Assembly: GCA_964572485.1 (NCBI GenBank)
Contig: CAZNGA010000004.1
Coordinates: 3,196-67,195 of the forward strand
DNA from: an uncultured Chitinophagales bacterium
GTDB taxonomy: Bacteria; Bacteroidota; Bacteroidia; Chitinophagales; CAZNGA01
Direction: 5' to 3'
DNA: 64,000 nucleotides
Positions 20,054 through 28,445 of this stretch are shown in pieces. The notes beneath the pieces are model-generated. The model was not told the DNA's origin. It did not search any database and saw only the letters and a program-made list of their open reading frames with translations. The translations under genes and the position numbers were made by a program. Numbering within the stretch: position 1 is the first letter of the stretch; each line of letters begins with the position of its first letter.

Positions 20054-20068
20054 TAAGAATTATTCTTA
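20054..20068. promoter_or_regulatory. Fur/PerR-box-like 7-1-7 palindrome TAAGAAT-T-ATTCTTA
   Basis: Read directly; perfect arms. Lies 16 nt upstream of the fur ATG and just downstream of the -7 box, around the expected TSS. Confidence 0.4.
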
Positions 20069-20072
20069 TTTA

Positions 20073-20103
20073 CAAAACTATCTCAAACAACTAACTTTTA
20101 CAA
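20073..20103 (-). promoter_or_regulatory. Bacteroidota-type promoter TTG-N20-TAGTTTTG for fur-pirin
   Basis: Minus strand: TTG at 20103-20101 and TAgtTTTG at 20080-20073, an exact TAnnTTTG match. Confidence 0.4.
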
Positions 20104-20110
20104 ATATATT

Positions 20111-21844
20111 TTATAAATTATTGAAAAAAAATTGGTGCTTATCGTCACTCTTATTTTTCTTAACATCAAGATAATTGAACACCTGCGCCTTCAGTTCCTT
20201 GAAATCGGATGAATCATTCAGAAGTTCATAAATCTCTATCATTAATAGGATGTCATCAGGGTAATTAATGGTTATTGTTTCAAAAATTTCTTGCAGTTCA
20301 TCGAGATGCAATCTACCATTTCTAATGTCACTTACTCTCTGATAAAGTGAATGTAATTGAAGGTCGTTTTCATCAAAAACCGCTTTATGAGTTTTCTCAC
20401 TGGGAAGAGCTATTTCAACACCAAAAGCATCAAAATCAGCAGGGCCAGCATATACGGATTCAACTGTTTCACCTAGCCCCATATCAAAGGGCCCCCATTC
20501 GGGTTGAAAGAGAGTCCTTCCCTGATAGGTGACTGCACATTGATCAAAAGTCAGCAAAACCGTTTTCCCATGATTGTTTTGTGTGGTGCCTTTTAATACC
20601 CCATGGACCTTGACACCACTTTCAAATTCAAGGGTAGTTTCTTTTCCTACAATAATATCTTGCTCCTCAAGATCGGAAGTTGTTTGATCTTCGATTACCT
20701 TATCCATGTTCTTGATCTTACCTATGGGTGTACTATACCCGTCACCATGATATTTGATCCCGTGGCCGGGGAGCTGCTTATTATCTACACATAAGCTTGA
20801 AGGTGAGGTTGTTCTCATGAAAACAGGTTGCCCGTTTTGTCCTTTTATCATTTCTGTAAAAGTACCTGAGATCTGCAAGCCCGAGCTTAACACTCCTGTG
20901 GCAGTTGCTTGTGAATCGATGGCCTTTTGGAGCCCCTTTGATCCCCCTTTCCGCAATGCCATATCATCAGCGAATTCGTTGAGCACATCCGTTAAATAAT
21001 TAAATTCCGGAGTAACAAATAATTGAGGCTGCATCGTAGTGATGTCAAAACTAAAGTCAGCAGCATCTATAGAATAAGGTATTTTCTTTACTCCATCCCC
21101 TAAGCATTGAAGACTCTCTCCAATAGATGACAGCAGACCTGCTCCATAGATCTTTGGGTCTTCCATGGATCCAATCAATCCATACTCTACTGTCCACCAA
21201 TGAAGGTTCCTGATCCTGGCAACCTCAGAAGGCTGATCCATTCTTTCTTGAACAGCTTCTATTTTCTGCGTAGCGTTATTTATATCCTTAGGTGAGCTGG
21301 AATGATCTCCCTTCATTATGGAAAGATGTCTGACAGCTTCATACAATTCATAGTCCAGGGGATGTGTTATTGCTTTGCTTCCTATTTCTCCAAAAAACCT
21401 TAAATAATCGGCATATTCAGGATCAGCAATTATGGGGGCATGACCGGCAGCTTCATGAATAATGTCTGGTGCCGGTGTATACTCAATATGTTCAAGGTGT
21501 CTGATATCGGCGGCAATTACCAGAACTTTATATGCCTGGAACTCCATAAAGGAGGAAGGAGGTATAAATCCGTCAACACACACTGCGCCCCAACCAATTT
21601 TAGAAAGCACCTTATTCATTTCATAAATATTTGGAATTCGATCTAACCCAATTCCGGTCTGCTTTAGGCCATTCACATATGATGTGTGAGCTGTTTCGTA
21701 TAAGAATTTATAGTTGAGTTGAAGTACGTACCTCCATACAGCATGATCTATAGGAGTATAGCTATCATAATCCTGCTCCACAACAAATTGCCTGAGATGT
21801 TTTGGTAAACTTTTGATCACATCAAATTCTAGTAATCCTTTCAT
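20111..21844 (-). CDS. phhA: Aromatic amino-acid (phenylalanine-4-) hydroxylase, long form with a roughly 270-aa C-terminal extension
   Basis: Iron-ligand region PDIIHEAAGHAPIIADPEYADYLRFFGEIG (H-x4-H) and the downstream WWTVEYGL. Operon context with hppD and hmgA. Confidence 0.75.
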   Translation of the reverse strand: MKGLLEFDVIKSLPKHLRQFVVEQDYDSYTPIDHAVWRYVLQLNYKFLYETAHTSYVNGLKQTGIGLDRIPNIYEMNKVLSKIGWGAVCVDGFIPPSSFMEFQAYKVLVIAADIRHLEHIEYTPAPDIIHEAAGHAPIIADPEYADYLRFFGEIGSKAITHPLDYELYEAVRHLSIMKGDHSSSPKDINNATQKIEAVQERMDQPSEVARIRNLHWWTVEYGLIGSMEDPKIYGAGLLSSIGESLQCLGDGVKKIPYSIDAADFSFDITTMQPQLFVTPEFNYLTDVLNEFADDMALRKGGSKGLQKAIDSQATATGVLSSGLQISGTFTEMIKGQNGQPVFMRTTSPSSLCVDNKQLPGHGIKYHGDGYSTPIGKIKNMDKVIEDQTTSDLEEQDIIVGKETTLEFESGVKVHGVLKGTTQNNHGKTVLLTFDQCAVTYQGRTLFQPEWGPFDMGLGETVESVYAGPADFDAFGVEIALPSEKTHKAVFDENDLQLHSLYQRVSDIRNGRLHLDELQEIFETITINYPDDILLMIEIYELLNDSSDFKELKAQVFNYLDVKKNKSDDKHQFFFNNL

Positions 21845-22224
21845 ATATGATGTATTATAAGCCCAGCCAAGATCAAAACAAAATAAATGGCTAATGTCGC
21901 TGCTCCTTCATAATCCTTGGCCATACGTTGGCCGAAAAATAATAACAGGAGAGTGAAAGCTGCCATTATAACTCCTGAAAATGCGATTGAGTGGGAGCCG
22001 TTAACAAGAAGCAGGATAGCTCCTATTACAGAAACTGCTCCTGTAGCAATCTCGCAAATGGTTATCACTGTCAACATGGGTTTAACGAGCTGTTTTAGGT
22101 ACGAATCCTCAAAATGAGTTTTCAGCCATTTGTAATTGCCTTGCCAGTCAATTAATTTGTCAATACCTGATTGCAGAAATAGCATCGATAAAAATACAGA
22201 GGTTAAGAGTTGGGCTATCAACAT
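21841..22224 (-). CDS. DoxX-like small integral membrane protein
   Basis: 127 aa, four hydrophobic helices, N-terminal LFLQSGIDKL resembles DoxX-family starts. ATGA overlap with phhA. Confidence 0.55.
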   Translation of the reverse strand: MLIAQLLTSVFLSMLFLQSGIDKLIDWQGNYKWLKTHFEDSYLKQLVKPMLTVITICEIATGAVSVIGAILLLVNGSHSIAFSGVIMAAFTLLLLFFGQRMAKDYEGAATLAIYFVLILAGLIIHHI

Positions 22225-22236
22225 GACCGTTTACCA

Positions 22237-22707
22237 TTAAATATTCATTTGCTGAGCATCAAAAATTTGAGCAGCATGGTCTTTTGTTTTTACCTTATCA
22301 ATGATCTTACTGATCATGCCTTCCTTATCGATAATAAAGGTGGTACGGTGTATTCCGTCATACGTTCTGCCCATAAATTTTTTTGGACCCCATACACCAT
22401 ATGCTTTAATGACCTTCTTTTCAACATCTGCAATTAGCTTAAAGGGAAGTTCATGCTTCTCAATGAAAGATTTGTGCTTCTCCTGATTGTCGGCGCTTAC
22501 ACCGATCACTTCATATCCTTTCTCTTTCAATTCATCATAGTGATCCCTCAGATTACACGATTCAACGGTACATCCTGGTGTCATGTCTTTTGGATAGAAG
22601 TATAATACCACCTTCTTCCCCTGGTAATCTTTCCAGGAAACCTGTGATCCATTTTGATCTAATCCGTCTATTGATGGGGCTTTGTCCCCTACTTTTAATG
22701 TTGTCAT
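22237..22707 (-). CDS. bcp: Thioredoxin-dependent thiol peroxidase (Bcp / PrxQ)
   Basis: KVVLYFYPKDMTPGCTVESCNLRD, the peroxiredoxin PxxxTxxC active-site motif. 156 aa. Confidence 0.9.
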   Translation of the reverse strand: MTTLKVGDKAPSIDGLDQNGSQVSWKDYQGKKVVLYFYPKDMTPGCTVESCNLRDHYDELKEKGYEVIGVSADNQEKHKSFIEKHELPFKLIADVEKKVIKAYGVWGPKKFMGRTYDGIHRTTFIIDKEGMISKIIDKVKTKDHAAQIFDAQQMNI

Positions 22708-22717
22708 AATTTAATAT

Positions 22718-23869
22718 TTATAAGGTTCCTCTTCTTTCCTGCTCTGCCTCTATAGATTCAAAAAGCGCTTTAAAATTCCCCTTTCCAAATGATTGGGCTC
22801 CCTTCCTTTGAATAATCTCAAAGAACATGGTCGGTCTATCTTCCACAGGTTTTGTGAACACTTGTAAGAGATAGCCATTTTCATCGCGATCAACAAGGAT
22901 ACCTAACTTCTTCAATTCATTCATGTCTTCTTCAATATCACCCACTCTTTCCAAAACCGTATCGTAATAATAATCAGGTATATAGAGAAATTCTACTCCC
23001 CTGCTGTTTAATTCAGCAACCGTTTTAATGATATCGTTTGTTGCCACCGCTATATGCTGGCATCCTGGACCTCTATAGAATTCAAGATACTCCTCGATCT
23101 GCGATTTTTTCTTTCCTTTTGCAGGTTCATTAATTGGAAATTTGATCCTTCCATTTCCATTGGTCATTACTTTGCTCATCAATGCTGTATATTGAGTTGA
23201 GATATCCTTATCATCAAATGTGATCAGGTTAGCAAAGCCCATTACATTTTGATAGAACTCAGCCCAAATATTCATTTCATTCCATCCCACATTTCCAACC
23301 ATATGGTCAATATATCTTAGGCCTGCTGGCTTTGGATTAAAGTCAGATGTCCATGTTTCAAATCCCGGAAGGAAAACGCCATTATAATTATTCCTTTCAA
23401 CAAAAAGGTGAACAGTATCACCATAGGTATGTATTCCCGATTTCACTACGTAACCGTGTTCATCCTCTTCCTTTGTTGGTTTCATGTACGACCTGGCGCC
23501 TCTTTTTGTGGTCTCTTCCCAGGCATTTGTAGCATCATCAACCCAAAGTGCTATTACTTTAACACCATCACCATGTTTTTCTAAGTGTGTGATAATGTCA
23601 TTATTATCTAACATGGGTGATGTGAGCACCAACCTGATCTTATCCTGAACCAATACATAAGAGGTCCTTTCCTGACTGCCAGTCTCCAGCCCAGAATAAG
23701 CATAAGACTGAAAACCAAAAGCAGCCTTATAATAATAAGCCGCCTGTTTGGCATTTCCAACATATAGTTCTACATGATCAGTCCCATTGATGGGAAGAAA
23801 ATCTTCTGCCTCTGGAAAAATCTTCTCTAATGAGTAATCAAAGTTTTTAGTGTTCTTCAAATCATTCAT
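22718..23869 (-). CDS. hppD: 4-hydroxyphenylpyruvate dioxygenase
   Basis: 383 aa, two VOC-fold halves. C-terminal GPGCQHIAV...LLQVFT...RPTMFFEIIQR...GFGKGNFKALFESIE is diagnostic for HPPD. Confidence 0.95.
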   Translation of the reverse strand: MNDLKNTKNFDYSLEKIFPEAEDFLPINGTDHVELYVGNAKQAAYYYKAAFGFQSYAYSGLETGSQERTSYVLVQDKIRLVLTSPMLDNNDIITHLEKHGDGVKVIALWVDDATNAWEETTKRGARSYMKPTKEEDEHGYVVKSGIHTYGDTVHLFVERNNYNGVFLPGFETWTSDFNPKPAGLRYIDHMVGNVGWNEMNIWAEFYQNVMGFANLITFDDKDISTQYTALMSKVMTNGNGRIKFPINEPAKGKKKSQIEEYLEFYRGPGCQHIAVATNDIIKTVAELNSRGVEFLYIPDYYYDTVLERVGDIEEDMNELKKLGILVDRDENGYLLQVFTKPVEDRPTMFFEIIQRKGAQSFGKGNFKALFESIEAEQERRGTL

Positions 23870-23888
23870 ATTCTATTTGATTTATTCA

Positions 23889-25049
23889 CTATTCCTTGAT
23901 CCAGGATCGGTAATAGTCCTTTCCTTTTATTTTAAGTGCGTCTTCTGTGATCATTAATGGATAAAATGGATCTATCATTACGGCTAATTCCTTTGTTTCT
24001 TTTTGCCCGATACTTCTTTCAATGGCGCCAGGGTGTGGCCCATGTGGTATTCCCCCGGGATGAAGGGTGATCTGGCCTTTAGTAATATCATTCCTACTCA
24101 TAAAGTCCCCATCTACATAGTAAAGCAGTTCATCAGAATCAATATTGCTATGATGGTAAGGTGCTGGTATCGCCTCAGGATGGTAGTCATACAATCTTGG
24201 CACGAAAGAGCAAATCACAAAATTCATACCTTCAAATTGCTGATGTATTGGTGGTGGTAAATGAACTCTTCCGGTTATGGGCTCAAAATCAAATATGGAA
24301 ATTGCATAAGGGTAATTATATCCATCCCAACCCACTACATCAAATGGATGAGATGCGTAAACAATTGGGTGAATTACGCCCTGTTTTTTGATAAGGATCG
24401 TGAAAGATCCCTTCTCATCATGGGTCTTCAAATCCAGAGGCAATTTAATATCCCTCTCACAAAATGGAGCATGCTCCAATAGCTGGCCAAAATTATTTCG
24501 ATATCGTTTGGGAGTAACAATTGGGCTAAAGGACTCCACATACAATAATCGATTGTCATGGTCATTGAACTCCATCTGGTAAATAACTCCCTTGGGAATG
24601 ATCAAGTAATCCCCATATTTAAAAGGGATATTTCCAAACATTGTCTTAAGGGTCCCCGATCCTTGATGGATAAATATCATCTCATCTCCATCACTATTCT
24701 TAAAGAAATCACTTTGAACTTCCTTTTTAGGTGCTGCTAAACCAATGTGCAGATCCTTATTTACAAATAGTGTTTTTCTGCTTTCAAAATACTTGTCCTC
24801 AGGGGTGATATTGAATCCATCAAAACTCATCGGTTGAAGGTTTTGCTCCTTTACAATTTTTGGGGCAACATCATAAGGCTTGCCCATTTCTTCTATCAAA
24901 GTAGGAGGATTCAAATGGTATATTAGAGAGGATACGCCTGAAAAACCTTCTTTTCCAAAAAGCTCTTCTTGATAAAGTCCACCATCTTCTTTCTTAAAAG
25001 TAGTGTGTCTTTTGTGAGGGATTTTTCCTAACCTGTGGTAACTTGGCAC
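23889..25049 (-). CDS. hmgA: Homogentisate 1,2-dioxygenase
   Basis: YHRLGKIPHKRHT N-terminus, cupin core, PYHHSNIDSDELLYY and HPGGIPHGPHPG. Start moved to the GTG at 25047-25049 (M-PSYHRLGKIPHKRH). The TTG used by the track (25065-25067) lies inside the -7 promoter box. Confidence 0.9.
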   Translation of the reverse strand: MPSYHRLGKIPHKRHTTFKKEDGGLYQEELFGKEGFSGVSSLIYHLNPPTLIEEMGKPYDVAPKIVKEQNLQPMSFDGFNITPEDKYFESRKTLFVNKDLHIGLAAPKKEVQSDFFKNSDGDEMIFIHQGSGTLKTMFGNIPFKYGDYLIIPKGVIYQMEFNDHDNRLLYVESFSPIVTPKRYRNNFGQLLEHAPFCERDIKLPLDLKTHDEKGSFTILIKKQGVIHPIVYASHPFDVVGWDGYNYPYAISIFDFEPITGRVHLPPPIHQQFEGMNFVICSFVPRLYDYHPEAIPAPYHHSNIDSDELLYYVDGDFMSRNDITKGQITLHPGGIPHGPHPGAIERSIGQKETKELAVMIDPFYPLMITEDALKIKGKDYYRSWIKE

Positions 25050-25064
25050 GGCTTTAATTTTTGG

Positions 25065-25072
25065 CAAATTTA
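25065..25072 (-). promoter_or_regulatory. -7 box TAAATTTG for the hmgA-hppD-bcp-doxX-phhA operon
   Basis: Exact TAnnTTTG on the minus strand, 15 nt upstream of the GTG at 25049. No well-spaced -33 TTG (the nearest gives N24). Confidence 0.4.
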
Positions 25073-25127
25073 ATAATAATATTTATTAATTAAGAACAAT
25101 TATTAATTAAAATTGGTTCTTTTATTG

Positions 25128-25135
25128 TATCTTTG
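25128..25135 (+). promoter_or_regulatory. -7 box TATCTTTG for the FAH-family gene
   Basis: Exact TAnnTTTG on the plus strand, 9 nt before the ATG at 25145. No convincing -33 element. Confidence 0.3.
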
Positions 25136-25144
25136 TTAAATAAT

Positions 25145-26167
25145 ATGAAAATAATAACTTATAAATATTCCGAAAAGGTGGAGTTGGGTCTCTTGGTCGG
25201 ATCTAAGGTTTACTCTTTAAGCAATGGGGATGATCCCATTGGCAACAATATGCTTGAATTTCTTCAATCAGGAGAAAAAGGGATGGAACGCGCCAGGGAA
25301 TTAGAAGCTTCAATTATAGATAAGGCCATTGATATTCCATTCAACACACTTGACACCGTTGAACTAAAGGCACCCATCCCGAACCCAACCTCTTGCAGAG
25401 ATGCTTATGCTTTCAGACAGCATGTGGCTACAGCTCGCCGTAACCGTGGGGTTGATATGATCCCTGAGTTTGACCAATACCCTATTTTCTACTTTACAAA
25501 TCACAATGCTATGGCAGGCCCTTCTGACGATATTGAGTGTATGGAGGATCATTTTCAAAAGCTTGATTACGAATTAGAAATGGCAATAGTAATTGGTAAA
25601 AAGGGGATCAATATAAAAGCCGAAAATGCAGATGAGTACATTGCGGGTTATATGATCATGAACGACATGAGTGCCAGGACCTTACAAATGGAGGAAATGA
25701 AGTTGAACCTTGGCCCTGCAAAAGGAAAAGATTTTTGTACTGTTATAGGGCCTTATCTAGTAACCCCGGATGAATTGAAAGATAAATTAGTTGCACCACC
25801 TAATGGGCACACTGGAAATAACCACGACCTCTTTATGAATTGTTGGGTCAACGGCAAACTATTATCTGAGGGCAATGTAAGCTCTATGGATTGGACATTT
25901 GCGGAGATCATTGAGCGATGTTCTTATGGTACTCATATACTACCCGGTGATGTTATAGGTTCAGGTACCGTTGGTACCGGATGCTTGCTTGAATTAAATG
26001 GTACCGGAAAGTATGAAAACCCAGATTATGAACCCTGGTGGCTCAAAGAAGGTGATGTTGTTGAAATGGAAATAGAAGGGTTAGGTAAAATTCAAAATAC
26101 GATTATCAAAAAACCGGGAGACTACTCAATTTTAAGAGCCAAAAAAAACGTACAACCCGCCAGTTGA
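25145..26167 (+). CDS. Fumarylacetoacetate-hydrolase (FAH) family protein, candidate fumarylacetoacetase of the homogentisate pathway
   Basis: FAH-fold C-terminal domain (YELEMAIVIGKKG...NDMSARTLQ...GKDF...PGDVIGSGT). Divergent from hmgA. Start taken at the ATG at 25145 (MKIITYKY); the track TTG at 25133 lies inside the -7 box. Confidence 0.75.
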   Translation: MKIITYKYSEKVELGLLVGSKVYSLSNGDDPIGNNMLEFLQSGEKGMERARELEASIIDKAIDIPFNTLDTVELKAPIPNPTSCRDAYAFRQHVATARRNRGVDMIPEFDQYPIFYFTNHNAMAGPSDDIECMEDHFQKLDYELEMAIVIGKKGINIKAENADEYIAGYMIMNDMSARTLQMEEMKLNLGPAKGKDFCTVIGPYLVTPDELKDKLVAPPNGHTGNNHDLFMNCWVNGKLLSEGNVSSMDWTFAEIIERCSYGTHILPGDVIGSGTVGTGCLLELNGTGKYENPDYEPWWLKEGDVVEMEIEGLGKIQNTIIKKPGDYSILRAKKNVQPAS

Positions 26168-26173
26168 TCAGTT

Positions 26174-27061
26174 ATGATAACCATCGATCCTAAAAAGGAC
26201 AAAACTACCTTAGTTCAGAAATATTTACTAGGTGCGGTTGCTCCAAGGCCAATTGCCTTAGTAAGTACCATTGACAAGGAGGGGATCCCTAATCTAAGTC
26301 CCTTTTCCTTTTTCAATGCTTTTAGTGCATCACCTCCTATAGTGGCTTTTTCACCAGCGCGTAGAATTCGTGATAATACGACCAAGCATACTTTGGATAA
26401 TGCTGAAGAAACAAAAGAAGTTGTAATCAGTGTTGTGAATTATGATATAGTGAATCAAGTTTCACTAAGCAGTGCTGATTTCCCAAACAAGATCAATGAG
26501 TTCGAAAAGGCTGGTTTAACGCCAATTCGCTCAGAGATCGTTGCTCCTTTTATGGTTAAGGAATCACCCGTGAATTTCGAGTGTAAAGTGTTGGATATCA
26601 TCCCATTTGGTAGCGAAGGAGGATCAGGGAATCTAGTTTTATGCGAAATATTATTGATCCATATTCATCCGGAGGTGTTGGATGAAGAGAATATGATAGA
26701 CCCATTAAAAATTGATCTGGTATCACGTTTGGGTGGAATATGGTATGGTAGAACCAAAGAGAATTCTCTATTTAAGGTTCATAGGCCTGCCCATCAAATA
26801 GTAATTGGCATCGATAACCTACCTGATCATATCAAAAAAAGCAGTGTACTTAGTGGTAGCGATTTGGCATTGCTGGCAAATATAGAAAGCATCCCTAAAC
26901 ATGATAAAGCAGATACATTAGCACAATTCTCTGAAGTACGGGCGATCACAGATAGGTCACTTGCGGAAGATGAAGAAAGAAAACTGCTGCATACAATTGC
27001 TAAAGAAATGTTAGCTGAAGAAAAAATTGAGGAGGCCTGGAAAATACTTCTCATAGATTAA
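26174..27061 (+). CDS. Flavin-reductase-like (FMN-binding split-barrel) protein with a roughly 90-aa C-terminal extension
   Basis: PRPIALVSTIDKEGIPNLSPFSFFNAFSASPPIVAFSP matches the flavin reductase-like domain signature. Confidence 0.7.
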   Translation: MITIDPKKDKTTLVQKYLLGAVAPRPIALVSTIDKEGIPNLSPFSFFNAFSASPPIVAFSPARRIRDNTTKHTLDNAEETKEVVISVVNYDIVNQVSLSSADFPNKINEFEKAGLTPIRSEIVAPFMVKESPVNFECKVLDIIPFGSEGGSGNLVLCEILLIHIHPEVLDEENMIDPLKIDLVSRLGGIWYGRTKENSLFKVHRPAHQIVIGIDNLPDHIKKSSVLSGSDLALLANIESIPKHDKADTLAQFSEVRAITDRSLAEDEERKLLHTIAKEMLAEEKIEEAWKILLID

Positions 27062-28435
27062 TCAAACTTTTCTTTCCTTCCCAGAAACCTGCTCCTCCAA
27101 GCGCTTTGGAATATGCTTCTGAATCCACTTTCTATAATTCCCGTCATAGTTCACTTTTGCCCAAAGGGCAGTGATTCGGTCTTCGATCTCCTTAACTTTT
27201 ACATCCGAAAGGATTTGCTTACTCTCTATTAATGAAGTGATCGTTTCTATATTTTCTTGCACACCTGACTCTTTCTCTCTTAAGATATTTCGAAAATGCT
27301 GCTCTTGCATCTCCAAGTAATTGTCAATGATATTCTTCGACATCTCTTGACTATGAAGAAAGGATTCTCTAATGTTACCCTTTCCAGCAACTGCATTTCC
27401 TATAATGAAAACGTTATCAAAACCGGCTAATTGACAAGTATCGTTGTTCTTTATTTTAAATACCTGATCAACTGATGGAATCCCCTCGATCATTTCAGGA
27501 AGACTCCCTACTGAAGAGATCACCAATGGCGCTTTGACCTCATATTCACTTCCATCCAATACAGTGGCCTTGCCATTTTCAACAGTAGTATTAGCGAAAA
27601 CAAGTCCTTCAAGGGTGCCATCATTGGCGATTATATCTACGGGTGTATGAAGTTCTTTGAAATGGAATAAAAAATTTCTTTGCGCCTTAGCCATGATCTT
27701 CAATCTGGTTTGCTGTCCCTTTTCGATCAACTCAGGCGGTCCTTCAGGTATAGCAACCAAAGGCATATCCTCTGCCCTCCTTCTATAATACAGGGTACAT
27801 CCTTTAAGTCCCAATTCATTGAGAGTTAAGTTGTTCTTTTCCAATACTCCTTCTACTCCTCTCTCCAATTCAATACCATTGACCTCAATCCCTCTATCCT
27901 TAAGAGCCTTTTCAACCATTAATATCATAACTGCCTTGGCAACGTCAATGGAAGCTAACCCACCTCCAACGATAATTGTTTCATCAGGAATATGTAATTG
28001 GGGTCCCGAATACTCGGCTTCGTGAAAATGATTGTACCACTGAAAAAAGCCATTTTGGTAATAGAGTCCTTTACCAATATAATCATCAATATTTGCTATG
28101 CCCAATGACCTATCTCGCCAAGCGCCGGTAGCTAAAAGCACAGCACTAAACCCCCAATCTTCTACTATATCTTGAAAAGAGACTTCTCTTCCGAGCTTTG
28201 TCAAAGGAACAAAATGGACGTATTCATTATCCAGCTTTTCATCGATCTTACTCTCTTCCTTATCACGCAATTTACTATGCCATTTAGGTAGCCCATCTTC
28301 AATTTTTCCATAAGGTAATGCGTTCTGCTCAAACAAAACAACGTGAATACCCTGATTAGCAAGTTGCATAGCCGCTTCTGCTCCAGAAACTGCACCTCCA
28401 AATACGGCGACACAATGTCGTCCTTGTTTTATCAT
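27062..28435 (-). CDS. FAD/NAD(P)-binding oxidoreductase (adrenodoxin-reductase/GltD-like); candidate ferredoxin:NAD(P)+ oxidoreductase
   Basis: Two Rossmann signatures: VAVFGGAVSGAEAA...VVLFE and IIVGGGLASIDVAKA. Lies 10 nt downstream of korB on the same strand. Confidence 0.6.
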   Translation of the reverse strand: MIKQGRHCVAVFGGAVSGAEAAMQLANQGIHVVLFEQNALPYGKIEDGLPKWHSKLRDKEESKIDEKLDNEYVHFVPLTKLGREVSFQDIVEDWGFSAVLLATGAWRDRSLGIANIDDYIGKGLYYQNGFFQWYNHFHEAEYSGPQLHIPDETIIVGGGLASIDVAKAVMILMVEKALKDRGIEVNGIELERGVEGVLEKNNLTLNELGLKGCTLYYRRRAEDMPLVAIPEGPPELIEKGQQTRLKIMAKAQRNFLFHFKELHTPVDIIANDGTLEGLVFANTTVENGKATVLDGSEYEVKAPLVISSVGSLPEMIEGIPSVDQVFKIKNNDTCQLAGFDNVFIIGNAVAGKGNIRESFLHSQEMSKNIIDNYLEMQEQHFRNILREKESGVQENIETITSLIESKQILSDVKVKEIEDRITALWAKVNYDGNYRKWIQKHIPKRLEEQVSGKERKV

Positions 28436-28445
28436 GTTATTTTAT

